A DNA stretch of 64,000 bases from Bacteroidales bacterium (GTDB lineage: Bacteria; Bacteroidota; Bacteroidia; Bacteroidales; VadinHA17). The first letter of the stretch is position 1; each line of letters begins with the position of its first letter. A model generated the notes under the pieces. It was not told the origin of the DNA, did not search any database, and saw only the letters and a program-made list of their open reading frames with translations. The DNA lies in contig JBBRXA010000009.1 of the NCBI GenBank assembly GCA_038248855.1, forward strand, positions 5,327-69,326, given 5' to 3'. Both the position numbers and the translations under genes were made by a program. Positions 48,323 to 58,700 of this stretch are shown one piece after another.

Positions 48323-51300
48323 ATGTTCAAGGGCTTCCAAAAGTGGAACAATATAACAGGCTGGCTTGTATTTGCTGCATCCCTGTTCGTTTACCTTCTC
48401 ACAATTGAGCCGACGGTCAGCTTCTGGGACTGCGGTGAATTTATCCTTTGCTCGTACCGTCTCGAGGTAGGCCATCCGCCGGGGGCTCCGTTCTTCCTTC
48501 TTCTCGGACGCTTCTTCACCCTCTTTGCCGGGTCCGACACGTCAAAGGTGGCCATGATGGTAAATATCCTTTCGGCATTTGCCAGCGCCTTTACAATACT
48601 ATTCCTCTTCTGGACAATCACCCGCCTCGTCAGAATGGCAACAGGGGATGACCTCAGCGTGTCAGGCGGCAGATCAATTGCTGTGATTGCATCAGGTGCA
48701 GTAGGAGCACTTGCCTACGCTTTCTCAGACACCTTCTGGTTCTCAGCCGTCGAGGGCGAAGTATACGGTACAAGCTCCCTCTTTACAGCAGTTGTGTTCT
48801 GGGCGATGCTTCGCTGGTATGACGAGGCTGACGAACCTCACGCAAACCGATGGATAATACTGATTGCATACCTCATGGGACTTTCCATAGGTGTTCACCT
48901 GCTTAACCTTCTGACGCTGCCGGTGCTCGTTCTGGTTTATTATTACAGGAAATACCCGCTGTCACCTGCCGGCGTTGTGAAGGCTGTGCTTCTGTCATTT
49001 GTCATTCTCGGAATTCTAAACTTCATTTTCATTCCAGGGGTAGCCGACGTTGCCGGTTGGTTCGAGCTTTTCTTCGTCAATACCGTAGGCCTTCCATACA
49101 ACACCGGACTCTATATCTATCTGGTTCTGCTTATTGGTCTTATAATTTACGGCATCTGGTATTCGCTCCGGGAGAACAGAATTATACTTAACAATATTCT
49201 TACCGTGGCGGCGGTCATTATTCTCGGGTATTCCTCATTCGCCCTCATTATAATCAGGGCAAACGCCCATCCGCCAATGAATCAGAATGACCCGTCAGAT
49301 GTCTTCTCGTTCATATTTTACATAAACAGGACACAGTACGGACGCACACCTCTTATATACGGCCAGTACTACTCTGCACCGGCTGTCAGCGTAAATGACA
49401 AGATCTCAGGGTACAATAAAGAGGGTGGCAAGTATATCCCCTACCGTTATCCGGAATACAAATATGACAAGAGGTTCATGACTCTCTTTCCAAGGATGTA
49501 CAGTCCTGACCCGGAACATATAAAACAATATGAATACTGGGGAAAGATAAAGGGGAGGAAGGTCACTGTCCAGGCAGGCCGCGAGAGTGAGCAGCTGGTC
49601 ATACCCACTTTCGGAGAGAATCTCCGGTTCTTTTTCAGGTACCAGGTGGGAGTGATGTATATGCGATACTTCATGTGGAATTTCGTGGGGCGCCAGAATG
49701 ACCAGCAGGCCAACGGAAACGTGATGGACGGAAACTGGATATCAGGAATACCCTTCATTGACAATGCGAGGCTCGGTGACCAGTCGCTGCTCCCGGAAGG
49801 TTCAAAAAACAATCCTGCCCGCAACACCTATTTCTTTCTTCCGCTTATTGCAGGACTGGCAGGGCTGTTCTGGCAGTACAGGCGTGACCGGAAGGGATTC
49901 TCACTGACGGTGCTGTTCTTCATAATGACCGGAGTGGCGATACTTGTTTACCTGAACCAGTATCCGAGCCAGCCGAGGGAGCGCGACTATGCCTATGCCG
50001 GCTCATTTTACGCATTTGCCATCTGGATAGGGATGGGCGTAATGATGCTTTTTGACCTGGTGAAAAAACACGTCAGTGAAAAAATCGCCGCCCTGGCTCC
50101 TGCAGCTCTGCTCCTTGCGGCAGTACCCCTGCTGATGATCACACGCAACTGGGATGACCACGACAGGTCAGGAAGATACACTGCCAGGGACATTGCTTCA
50201 AACTATCTCAGCTCCTGCGATGAAAATGCAGTTCTGCTGACATACGGTGACAATGACTCATTTCCGTTGTGGTATATTCAGGATGTCGAAGGTTTCAGGA
50301 CCGATGTCCGCGTCGCCAACCTCAGCTACCTGCAGAGCGGATTTTATATCGAAACGATGAGCCGCAAGGCATTCAAGTCTGACCCGCTGCCGTTCACCCT
50401 TCCTTTCACCAAGTACGTTGAGGGCCAGCGTGTACAGTTGCCTGTCGAAGACCTGGTAAAGGAACCCTATAACATTAAGAAAGTGGTGGAGTTCGCAGGG
50501 TCTGACGATCCGAAGGCCAAGGTTGACCTCTCCGGGAAGGGCGACTTTTATAATTTCATCCCTGTAAAACAGTTTGTCGTCGACGTCGATTCAGCAGGAG
50601 TGATCAGCAAGGGAGTTGTCAGGCCTTACCATTCAGACAGAATGGTGAATCCGATGATATGGACCTTCAGGGGTTCGATGGCATCGAAGGATGACCTTGC
50701 AGTTATGGACATCGTGGCCGGGAACGATTGGAAAAGGCCTCTCTATTATGCAGTTACGGTACCTGGATCCAAATACATCGGTCTTGAAAATTACTTTGTC
50801 CTTGAGGGAATGGCATACAGGGTCAGTCCCGTCACAATTGACAAACCGGCACCGGGAGAAACCGGAATGGTAGATCCTGACGAGATGTATGAGAACATGA
50901 TGAACAGGTTCAGGTGGGGAAATGCCGAGGACCCGGGTGTTTATCTTGACGAGAACAACCGCAGGCTGTTCGATGTATTCAGGAGGCAGTTCGGCCGTTT
51001 GTCAAAATACCTGGCCGCCGGGGGAGACACACTCAGGGCTGCCGCCGCTGCGGAAAAGGGACTGGCAATAGTGCCGCCTTCCAAGATGCCGTATGACTAC
51101 TTCAGCCTGGATCTGGCCGAAGGGCTGCTGATGGCCGGCAGGGTTCGCGAAGCAGAAGAGCTTCTCGGAACAATCATCGACAATTCAGTCAGCACCCTTG
51201 GTTTTATGGAAGCACTACCTGAAAGGAAAATGTACGGTCTCGATTTTCAGTCCGGCGTCTCACTGCAGGCTATCTATGAAGCATATAACCTTGCGGCGGC

Positions 51301-51376
51301 CGCGGGCCTAGATGCTCTGGCCAGGAAAGCCGGCAATGAGCTGAACAGGTTCTATAATAAAATTCCGGTGAGATGA
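48323..51376 (+). CDS. DUF2723-domain protein (large GT-C-like, TMEM260-type putative glycosyltransferase)
   Basis: 1017 aa. N-terminus LTIEPTVSFWDCGEFILCSYRLEVGHPPGAPFF, many TM helices and a TPR-like C-terminus. Confidence 0.7.
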   Translation: MFKGFQKWNNITGWLVFAASLFVYLLTIEPTVSFWDCGEFILCSYRLEVGHPPGAPFFLLLGRFFTLFAGSDTSKVAMMVNILSAFASAFTILFLFWTITRLVRMATGDDLSVSGGRSIAVIASGAVGALAYAFSDTFWFSAVEGEVYGTSSLFTAVVFWAMLRWYDEADEPHANRWIILIAYLMGLSIGVHLLNLLTLPVLVLVYYYRKYPLSPAGVVKAVLLSFVILGILNFIFIPGVADVAGWFELFFVNTVGLPYNTGLYIYLVLLIGLIIYGIWYSLRENRIILNNILTVAAVIILGYSSFALIIIRANAHPPMNQNDPSDVFSFIFYINRTQYGRTPLIYGQYYSAPAVSVNDKISGYNKEGGKYIPYRYPEYKYDKRFMTLFPRMYSPDPEHIKQYEYWGKIKGRKVTVQAGRESEQLVIPTFGENLRFFFRYQVGVMYMRYFMWNFVGRQNDQQANGNVMDGNWISGIPFIDNARLGDQSLLPEGSKNNPARNTYFFLPLIAGLAGLFWQYRRDRKGFSLTVLFFIMTGVAILVYLNQYPSQPRERDYAYAGSFYAFAIWIGMGVMMLFDLVKKHVSEKIAALAPAALLLAAVPLLMITRNWDDHDRSGRYTARDIASNYLSSCDENAVLLTYGDNDSFPLWYIQDVEGFRTDVRVANLSYLQSGFYIETMSRKAFKSDPLPFTLPFTKYVEGQRVQLPVEDLVKEPYNIKKVVEFAGSDDPKAKVDLSGKGDFYNFIPVKQFVVDVDSAGVISKGVVRPYHSDRMVNPMIWTFRGSMASKDDLAVMDIVAGNDWKRPLYYAVTVPGSKYIGLENYFVLEGMAYRVSPVTIDKPAPGETGMVDPDEMYENMMNRFRWGNAEDPGVYLDENNRRLFDVFRRQFGRLSKYLAAGGDTLRAAAAAEKGLAIVPPSKMPYDYFSLDLAEGLLMAGRVREAEELLGTIIDNSVSTLGFMEALPERKMYGLDFQSGVSLQAIYEAYNLAAAAGLDALARKAGNELNRFYNKIPVR

Positions 51377-51999
51377 TCAGGCAGGTAAGGCTGCCCTTCC
51401 CTGCCCGGATTATTTATCCTGATGCAGTCTTCAGGATCCCCGGGTCTGGCAGTAAGCTGTTCCTTACTTTTGACGACGGTCCTGATGCCGTCTCGACTCC
51501 CCTTATACTCGACATATTGAGGAAAAAAAGTGTCACGGCCACATTTTTCTGTACCGGAAAGAAGGTACTTGATTCGCCGGGCCTGTTTGCGAGGATAGCT
51601 TCGGAAGGCCATACGGTTGGCAACCACGGATTCTCACACCTGAACGGACTTATCACGCCGGTAAGAGAGTACTGTTCCGATATTTTCAGGGGCAGGGACA
51701 TCACCTGCAGCAACCTCTTCAGACCTCCGTACGGGAGACTGCGCCTGAGACAGTACAAAATACTGGAACGGTCAATGAGGATAATATTCTGGGATGTAAT
51801 GCCCTATGATTTTGATTTGAAGCTGACTGCCGAATCGTCGCAGGCCATTCTCAGGCGTAACATCAGACCGGGTTCAGTGGTTGTTCTTCACGATACTGCA
51901 ACGTCGCATTCACTAACTTTCCTGGAGGACTTCATAAGTTTTTCACTTGACGGAGGTTTCGCTTTCGCTGCGCTTGACGATTCTTCTCTACACAGGTGA
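51373..51999 (+). CDS. Polysaccharide deacetylase (CE4/NodB) family protein
   Basis: LTFDDGPD and EGHTVGNHGFSH motifs. ATGA overlap with the DUF2723 gene. Confidence 0.85.
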   Translation: MIRQVRLPFPARIIYPDAVFRIPGSGSKLFLTFDDGPDAVSTPLILDILRKKSVTATFFCTGKKVLDSPGLFARIASEGHTVGNHGFSHLNGLITPVREYCSDIFRGRDITCSNLFRPPYGRLRLRQYKILERSMRIIFWDVMPYDFDLKLTAESSQAILRRNIRPGSVVVLHDTATSHSLTFLEDFISFSLDGGFAFAALDDSSLHR

Positions 52000-52048
52000 G
52001 TTATTCCGGATGAAATATTATTTTTGGAGAGAGAATGAAATTTAAGAA

Positions 52049-53329
52049 ATGAATATTCTTATTCTGGGATCAGGGGGTCGCGAGCACGCAATAACATGGA
52101 AGCTGTCGCAGAGCAAAAAGCCTCTGACAATTTTCGTTGCGCCGGGCAATCCGGGTACAGGCGCGATTGCGGTGAATCTTCCTGTTGATCCCCTTGATTT
52201 TGAAGCTGTAAAAAGGGCCGTGCTGGCAGAAGCCATCGAAATGGTGATTGTGGGTCCTGAAGCTCCACTGGTTGAAGGCATTCGGGATTATTTCGAGGCA
52301 GACCCTTCCCTTGCGCATGTTTCTATAATCGGTCCTGACCGGAAGGGGGCGATGCTCGAGGGCAGCAAGGATTTTGCAAAGGCGTTCATGATCCGTCATA
52401 ATATCCCGACGGCTGCCTATCAGTCGTTTACCGCAGACAAAATTGAAGAGGCAGCAGGGTTCCTTAAAACGCTTAAGCCGCCGTATGTCCTGAAGGCCGA
52501 CGGGCTTGCTGCCGGCAAGGGAGTGCTTATCCTTAATGATTACAACGAGGCCCTGAATGAACTTAAATCCATGCTTGGCGGTCGTTTCGGACCGGCAGGC
52601 AGCAAGGTTGTCATTGAAGAATACCTGAGTGGAATTGAACTTTCAGTCTTCGTTATAACTGACGGAATATCATATAAGATTCTTCCGGAAGCCAAGGACT
52701 ACAAGAGAATCGGAGAAGGAGATACCGGCAATAATACGGGAGGCATGGGAGCGGTCTCCCCGGTTCCCTTTGCCACACCGGCATTCATGGACAAGGTGGA
52801 GAAGAAGATTATAATCCCTACTGTTGAAGGACTGAAGGCAGAGGGGATCGACTACCGGGGATTCATTTTCTTCGGTCTCATGAATGTTGACGGCGAGCCG
52901 TGGGTCATCGAGTATAATGCCCGCATGGGGGACCCTGAAAGCGAGGTTGTCATGCCACGCATTGAAAGTGACATACTTGAACTTTTCACAGGCGTGGCCG
53001 AACGGAGCCTCAGTGAAAGATCAATTGAGATAAGCGGCAAGACCGCTGTGACGGTTATGCTTGTTTCACCGGGATACCCTGATGAGTACAAAAAGGGGCT
53101 TGAAATAACCGGATATGAGGCTGACACCGGGAGCACCCTGTTTCATGCCGGCACGGGATATTCCGGAGGTAAACTTGTCACAAAGGGAGGACGGGTGATT
53201 GCCGTTACCTCAACCGGGTCTGATATGGAAGAGGCCCTGCAGAAAAGCTACAGTAGCGCATCACTGATACATTTTGACGGAGTGTACATGAGAAGAGATA
53301 TAGGATTTGACCTGAGAATAAAAAGGTAA
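52049..53329 (+). CDS. purD: Phosphoribosylamine--glycine ligase
   Basis: 426 aa. MNILILGSGGREHA, the ATP-grasp core and EYNARMGDPE. Confidence 0.96.
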   Translation: MNILILGSGGREHAITWKLSQSKKPLTIFVAPGNPGTGAIAVNLPVDPLDFEAVKRAVLAEAIEMVIVGPEAPLVEGIRDYFEADPSLAHVSIIGPDRKGAMLEGSKDFAKAFMIRHNIPTAAYQSFTADKIEEAAGFLKTLKPPYVLKADGLAAGKGVLILNDYNEALNELKSMLGGRFGPAGSKVVIEEYLSGIELSVFVITDGISYKILPEAKDYKRIGEGDTGNNTGGMGAVSPVPFATPAFMDKVEKKIIIPTVEGLKAEGIDYRGFIFFGLMNVDGEPWVIEYNARMGDPESEVVMPRIESDILELFTGVAERSLSERSIEISGKTAVTVMLVSPGYPDEYKKGLEITGYEADTGSTLFHAGTGYSGGKLVTKGGRVIAVTSTGSDMEEALQKSYSSASLIHFDGVYMRRDIGFDLRIKR

Positions 53330-54318
53330 TGCTGATAAGGCTTTTCAAAGACTCGGGACTTATCCCGGTAATAATTACAGCGCTCTTCACAGGTGCGCTC
53401 TGGGCCGGATTAGTTATTAATCCTCCTGTTATCACTGGAACCGGTGGCGACAATATAATGCCTTTATGGTCGGTGATACTCGATCTGTTTCAGGGCTTGC
53501 CGGTTCTCTCGGTGATTTTTTCGCTGATCATGACTGTATTGCTGACCATCATTATGGTCAGGTTCAACACTTCAGTTTTTTTTATCAACCGCCGCACTTA
53601 CCTTCCCGCATTTATTTATATTCTGCTGTATTCTGTTTTCCCGGGGCAAATGGTTCTGAATCCTGCACTTCCGGCTGCCATTCTTATCCTGGCAGGGCTC
53701 TGGAGGATGATTGAGTCTTACCGTCACGACGGTATCGCTTATAATTTTTTCGACGCTGCAATGATTATCTCTGCGGGCGGACTGTTTTATGCAGGAGCAG
53801 TCTGGTTCATCCTGCTGGCACTGATTGGCACCCTTTTACTTCGCTCAGCTGACATAAGGGAAATAACCCTGGCTGTTGCCGGAGCTCTGTTTCCGTGGAT
53901 CCTGTTTTATGCGGTATGGTTCCTTGCCGGTAAAGATCCCGGCGAGCTGACGGCGGTAATTTACAGCAACCTGTCCGGCGAGGCTCCGGCGGTAACCTTG
54001 AGCAGAACATTAATAATCCTGGTGGCAGTAGTTTTCCTTAATTTTTTACCGGGAATTATTACTCTCATACCTGAGATGTCTTCAAAAAAGGTCAAATCGA
54101 GGAAGACTTTTTCAATGCTTGTCTGGATGCTTGTAATCAGTATTACTGTTTATCTCGTCCTCCCTTCGGTATCTGTCGAGATGCTGGCCATTGGAGCAGT
54201 ACCGACGGCTTATATTACAGCCAATTACTTTTTGTTTACAAAAAGGACCAGGACAGCGGAAATCCTGCTGTGGGCAATGGTGGTAATGCTTGTAATTTCG
54301 AGGATCTGGCCCAACTGA
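53329..54318 (+). CDS. Hypothetical polytopic membrane protein
   Basis: 329 aa with about 9 hydrophobic helices. Its start codon overlaps the purD stop (TAATG). No motif recognised. Confidence 0.55.
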   Translation: MLIRLFKDSGLIPVIITALFTGALWAGLVINPPVITGTGGDNIMPLWSVILDLFQGLPVLSVIFSLIMTVLLTIIMVRFNTSVFFINRRTYLPAFIYILLYSVFPGQMVLNPALPAAILILAGLWRMIESYRHDGIAYNFFDAAMIISAGGLFYAGAVWFILLALIGTLLLRSADIREITLAVAGALFPWILFYAVWFLAGKDPGELTAVIYSNLSGEAPAVTLSRTLIILVAVVFLNFLPGIITLIPEMSSKKVKSRKTFSMLVWMLVISITVYLVLPSVSVEMLAIGAVPTAYITANYFLFTKRTRTAEILLWAMVVMLVISRIWPN

Positions 54319-54759
54319 TCATTTGATCATGGAAACGACTCCTACTCCTAAACCCTGCGCTCCGCCTTCAAATCCGAACCACAGAGTATAAAGGCCTGTC
54401 TTATTGCAAATGAAATCAACGGAACTGTATTTTTTGCCAGTGCTCCTGTTAAGTGAGGAGATCAGTTCCTTGCCCTGATCATAAATAGTGATCACCAGTT
54501 CTCCGTTTGAGTCCGGTGAGTTGCATAGGGAGAACCTGTACTTCATATTCTTCAGGAGGTACATATTTGCTTTATGAACAGGTACGGCACCATTGTCCGA
54601 AGCTTTGGGCAACTGTACACGGAAATCCTTCAGGTAAGTCGTATTATCACCTGCGGCAAGGACACACCTGCTTACCAGGTCGTCAGATGCCGGCTGACTC
54701 ATCGTGATCACCGGTAAAAGTACCAGGGCTGCAGCCAGAAATATAAACCTGTGCCTCAT
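54319..54759 (-). CDS. Hypothetical secreted protein
   Basis: 146 aa. Signal peptide MRHRFIFLAAALVLLPVITMS. Last gene of the ABC operon. Confidence 0.55.
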   Translation of the reverse strand: MRHRFIFLAAALVLLPVITMSQPASDDLVSRCVLAAGDNTTYLKDFRVQLPKASDNGAVPVHKANMYLLKNMKYRFSLCNSPDSNGELVITIYDQGKELISSLNRSTGKKYSSVDFICNKTGLYTLWFGFEGGAQGLGVGVVSMIK

Positions 54760-54760
54760 C

Positions 54761-55738
54761 TTATAAACCTGAAATTAATTTATTTCTAATTTCGAGCGAC
54801 ATCTTCACAATCGCTGACAGCTGCTCATCCGTCATCCCTACTATGCTCTCTTCGTGCTGAATCATCACAAGGCGTCCGTACTGTTCGACAGTTTCAGGCT
54901 CTCCCAGCCTGTATGTGATGCGAATGTCACGGTAGGCGGCACTCATCTGTTCCATCATCGCATAGAAAGATGCGTATTCGGTATTTGTCGCCCTGTAAGG
55001 CCTTAACAGCATAAGAAGGTCATTCAGTATGATCTTCTGCTCTCCTATCCTGTCCCTGAGTACCTCGTCAGGGAATTTTTCAGAAACCTGGGTGGCCAGG
55101 TACTGGCCCTCTATCCATACTCCGGCTATCATCAGCGCCGAAACCGATCCCCTCCCGTTTTCCCTGAGGTAATTATCGATTTTGTTGTACGAGTTTACGG
55201 AAAGGAAGAGCAGTGAATCAAGATTGCTGCTGTTGACAGAGAGGCTCTTAAGGGTCTCGAAATCAAAATATTGACCCACCCTTAGTCCGTCAGCCAGGCG
55301 TTTGATTGTTGAAAGTATCTCAATTGAATTGCCGGTCTTTTCATACATGTTCAGATACCCGAGGTCAGCTCCGTAAATTCCGAGCATTACGGCTTTCTGG
55401 AAATTGGTTGTGAGTTTTTCCGCTCCGATAGTGGAAGCAAGATAACCGGCCGAGAAAGGCACGTCCATCGACTGCAGGAGAGCTGCTATTTCAACGGGTG
55501 AAGAGATGTTTTGAACTATGTCGGCGATTGCCTCATTGCTGAGTTTCTCCGCTTCTGAATCCGGCACGGAGTCAGCTACGGGGAACTCGAGACTGCCCTG
55601 CCTTACGACATTTTGTCTGCAGGAGTAAACGAAGACCAGCAGGAAGACTGCAAACAGCTTGGTAATGGTTCCTGTCATCAGGTATGTAACTTTATATACA
55701 AATGTAAGAAAATTGGCCAATTCATTTGATTTAATCAT
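54761..55738 (-). CDS. Hypothetical lipoprotein (mostly alpha-helical by composition)
   Basis: Maximal ORF with a 4-nt overlap to the ABC gene. An internal start at 55678 (MTGTITKLFAVFLLVFVYSC) gives a canonical lipoprotein signal. Confidence 0.55.
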   Translation of the reverse strand: MIKSNELANFLTFVYKVTYLMTGTITKLFAVFLLVFVYSCRQNVVRQGSLEFPVADSVPDSEAEKLSNEAIADIVQNISSPVEIAALLQSMDVPFSAGYLASTIGAEKLTTNFQKAVMLGIYGADLGYLNMYEKTGNSIEILSTIKRLADGLRVGQYFDFETLKSLSVNSSNLDSLLFLSVNSYNKIDNYLRENGRGSVSALMIAGVWIEGQYLATQVSEKFPDEVLRDRIGEQKIILNDLLMLLRPYRATNTEYASFYAMMEQMSAAYRDIRITYRLGEPETVEQYGRLVMIQHEESIVGMTDEQLSAIVKMSLEIRNKLISGL

Positions 55739-58700
55739 CTTTTTTGACGCCTGATACCCTCCAGGAAGGCAACTATCCTTCTCAGCACTTCAAAGTAGAG
55801 CAGAATGTAAAGAATTACGGTAGACAGAAGCACGAGAATAATGTTGAAAGTGAACGTACCGGCAGTAATGCCGAGGAATTTCTTGACCGGGGCCATGAAG
55901 TGCGTCCTGAAGCTCAGCGGTCCCGCAGGTTCCGGTTCAAGATAGATCAGATCTACATTCTGGATGAGCCGGTTTTTGTATTCAAGTATTTTGTTCTTCT
56001 CATAGACTTTCCTCATTATTTCCTCAAGCATGTCATTGTGGTACGCATTGTAAAGTGCTGAAAGCTCTCCTTTGTTGTCACTTATGTAACTGTCAAGCTG
56101 CAGGTCGGCCTTGTTGGTTTGCTTCGTGAATTCCTTTTCGGCATCCGTGATCCACCTGGTCAGCCTTTCTCCCAGAGGTAATGAGAACAGCTCAGGGGTA
56201 AGAGAATCCTGCCCCGGAAAAGAGGGCAGAATGCCTGTTCTTCCCAACCGGGTAATCTCATTCTTCAGCAGCTGAATTTCGGGCTCCCCGGGGGGTACCC
56301 GTCCTTCCCACGTCAGTTTTCCCACAGTTATTTCAAGTGCATCCTTTATCTTCGGGATACGGTAGATTGTATTGAAATCAGAAAGGCTTATCTGCTTCCT
56401 CAGGTCATATACCCTTTTTCCGTATTCGTTTCCGGTAAACTGTTTGACCATCAGCGCTTCATAGGTCCATCGGGTGGGCATAATTTCAGCAATTAAAGGC
56501 ACTTTGTCCACGCTTCCGATGCGTCTGTTGAGCTTATCAAAGGGAAACATCGCACCGCTGAGCACCATCATTGGAATCATCAGCAGGGGTATAACTATGT
56601 AGATGGTGATTGGAGAATTAAAAGCGGAAGAGATATTCAGGCCGATCATATTGGCACAGAAAGCCGTGGTGAAAAGCGCCAGACAGTATTCAGGGAAGAG
56701 GCCCCTGATTTCAAGAATCGGGATTGCCACCGTGAGAAAAAGCAGTGTCTGCAATGCTGATATGCCAACCAGCACACCGATCTTGGCCAGGAGGTAGCTG
56801 CTGCGGCTGAGGTTCAGGAAATGTTCACGCCTGAGTATTTTTCTGTCCCTGAATATTTCCTCGGCGCTGATTGTGAGACCGAGGAACAGAGCCACTATCA
56901 CTGACATGAAGATAAATATGGGAATGTTCTCATTCTCCCGGAAAATATAGATATCCGACGAAGGGTCAGCAATATACCTTATTATGTAAGAGAGGATCAG
57001 ACCGAGAACAGGGCCTTCAAGCAGGGTCAGAAGAATGTACTGCCTGTCGGCCAGCTTGCTCGTTATATCCCTCGAAAGAAAGATCGCAAATTGTTTCAGC
57101 CGCCCGGGCCTCTGAAGGTTCGAATGTGCCGGAGCGGTTTCTTCCCTGGCGGTTTCAACGGGATTCCGTCTCCGGAACGCGTCAGCCCATTCAGCGGGTG
57201 ATACTTTCCGCTTTTCCGTATATTGACCGAATTCGTCAATTACCCTTGTTTCAAGTATATTGAAAAGTGTCTCTGAATTGACAGTGCCGCACGAGGGACA
57301 TTCACCCAGATCCTTGTTTATCTGGGCATCAAGCGTTTTAAAGTGTACGATCGCCTCGATGGGGTTTCCGTAATAAACCATCTGACCTTCACTGTCCAGG
57401 ATGAGGACCATGTCAAACCCCTTGAAAATTTCGGAAGAGGGCTGATGAATTACCGTGATTACAAGCTTACCTTTCAGTGTCAGCTCGTGGATCAGGTCCA
57501 TTACATTTTCAGAGTCGCGCGTGGAAAGTCCCGATGTCGGTTCATCAAGAAAAAGTATCGAAGGCTCCCTGATAAGTTCGAGGGCAATGTTGAGTCTCTT
57601 CCGCTGACCGCCGCTGATAACCTTGTTAAGCGGAGACCCTACGCGGAGGTCCTTCTTTTCAAAAAGGGCCAGGGTATGTAGCATCTGGTCCACAGTTTCC
57701 CTGATCTCAGTCTTGCTTTTTTCTGCAAAACAGAGGGAGGCAGCGTAACTGAGGTTTTCAGATACTGTAAGTTCCTCTATCAGCAGGTCATCCTGAGGGA
57801 CGAAGCCTATCACGCCGTCGAGAGCCTTTCCGGCAGAAAAAATCGATATCCCGTTGACCCTGACGTCACCCGAAGTGGGTCTGGCCAGACCGCTGAGGAG
57901 GTTGAGCAGGGTGGTCTTACCCGTCCCGCTGGCTCCCATTATTCCAATGAGCTTGCCTTCCCCCACAGAGAAACTGATATCAGTGACGGCAGGCAAACCG
58001 TCAGGGAAAAGAAAAGTGAGCCTTTCAGCTACAAACGTCAGCCTGTGTATATGAGCATCAGGAGTGAACCTGGATAATACATCACTGAAATAAATGGTTG
58101 TGGACGGAGGCTTTAACACAGTACTGCCCTGCGCGAATGTGTATATTTTCCTGTTAGCTATCGGCATCCCGTTAAGCAGCGTGGTGCCGTTGGTAAAACA
58201 TCTGAGAAAATAGAGACCGACGGTCGGGACCTTGAGGAAAACGATGAAACCTGACTCTGCCTGTTCGTTAAGGATGCTGTCAGTTGTGTCAATAACAATC
58301 ATTGACGGGTCAATGAATTTATCCTCTTCCTCTTCCCTTATGAAAGCCCAGATGGATTTGAATTCCGTTGTAGAGACCCTGAACACCTCGGCGATGGTGT
58401 TAATAATGTTCATACGCTGAGGCGTATACTGCTTGTCAGAATCAATGAGTTCAAAAGCCCTTATGAGAGAGATAATTCTTTGCTCCTGGGTCAAAGTCTT
58501 GTTGATGGTTTTGCAGATATTGAGGATCTTGACTGAGTCCCTTACCGAAGGAGTGTTTCCTGTTAACTTGTATCCTTTCTCCTGTAGCGGTCCGGCGTTG
58601 TCAAGAAAGAGCTGCATATACTCATCAGCGCTCTTGTGCGGAAGCTGTTTGGTCAGAAAGCCCGAAACATAATCTTTTTCACCCTGAAGCATTCCTCCGT

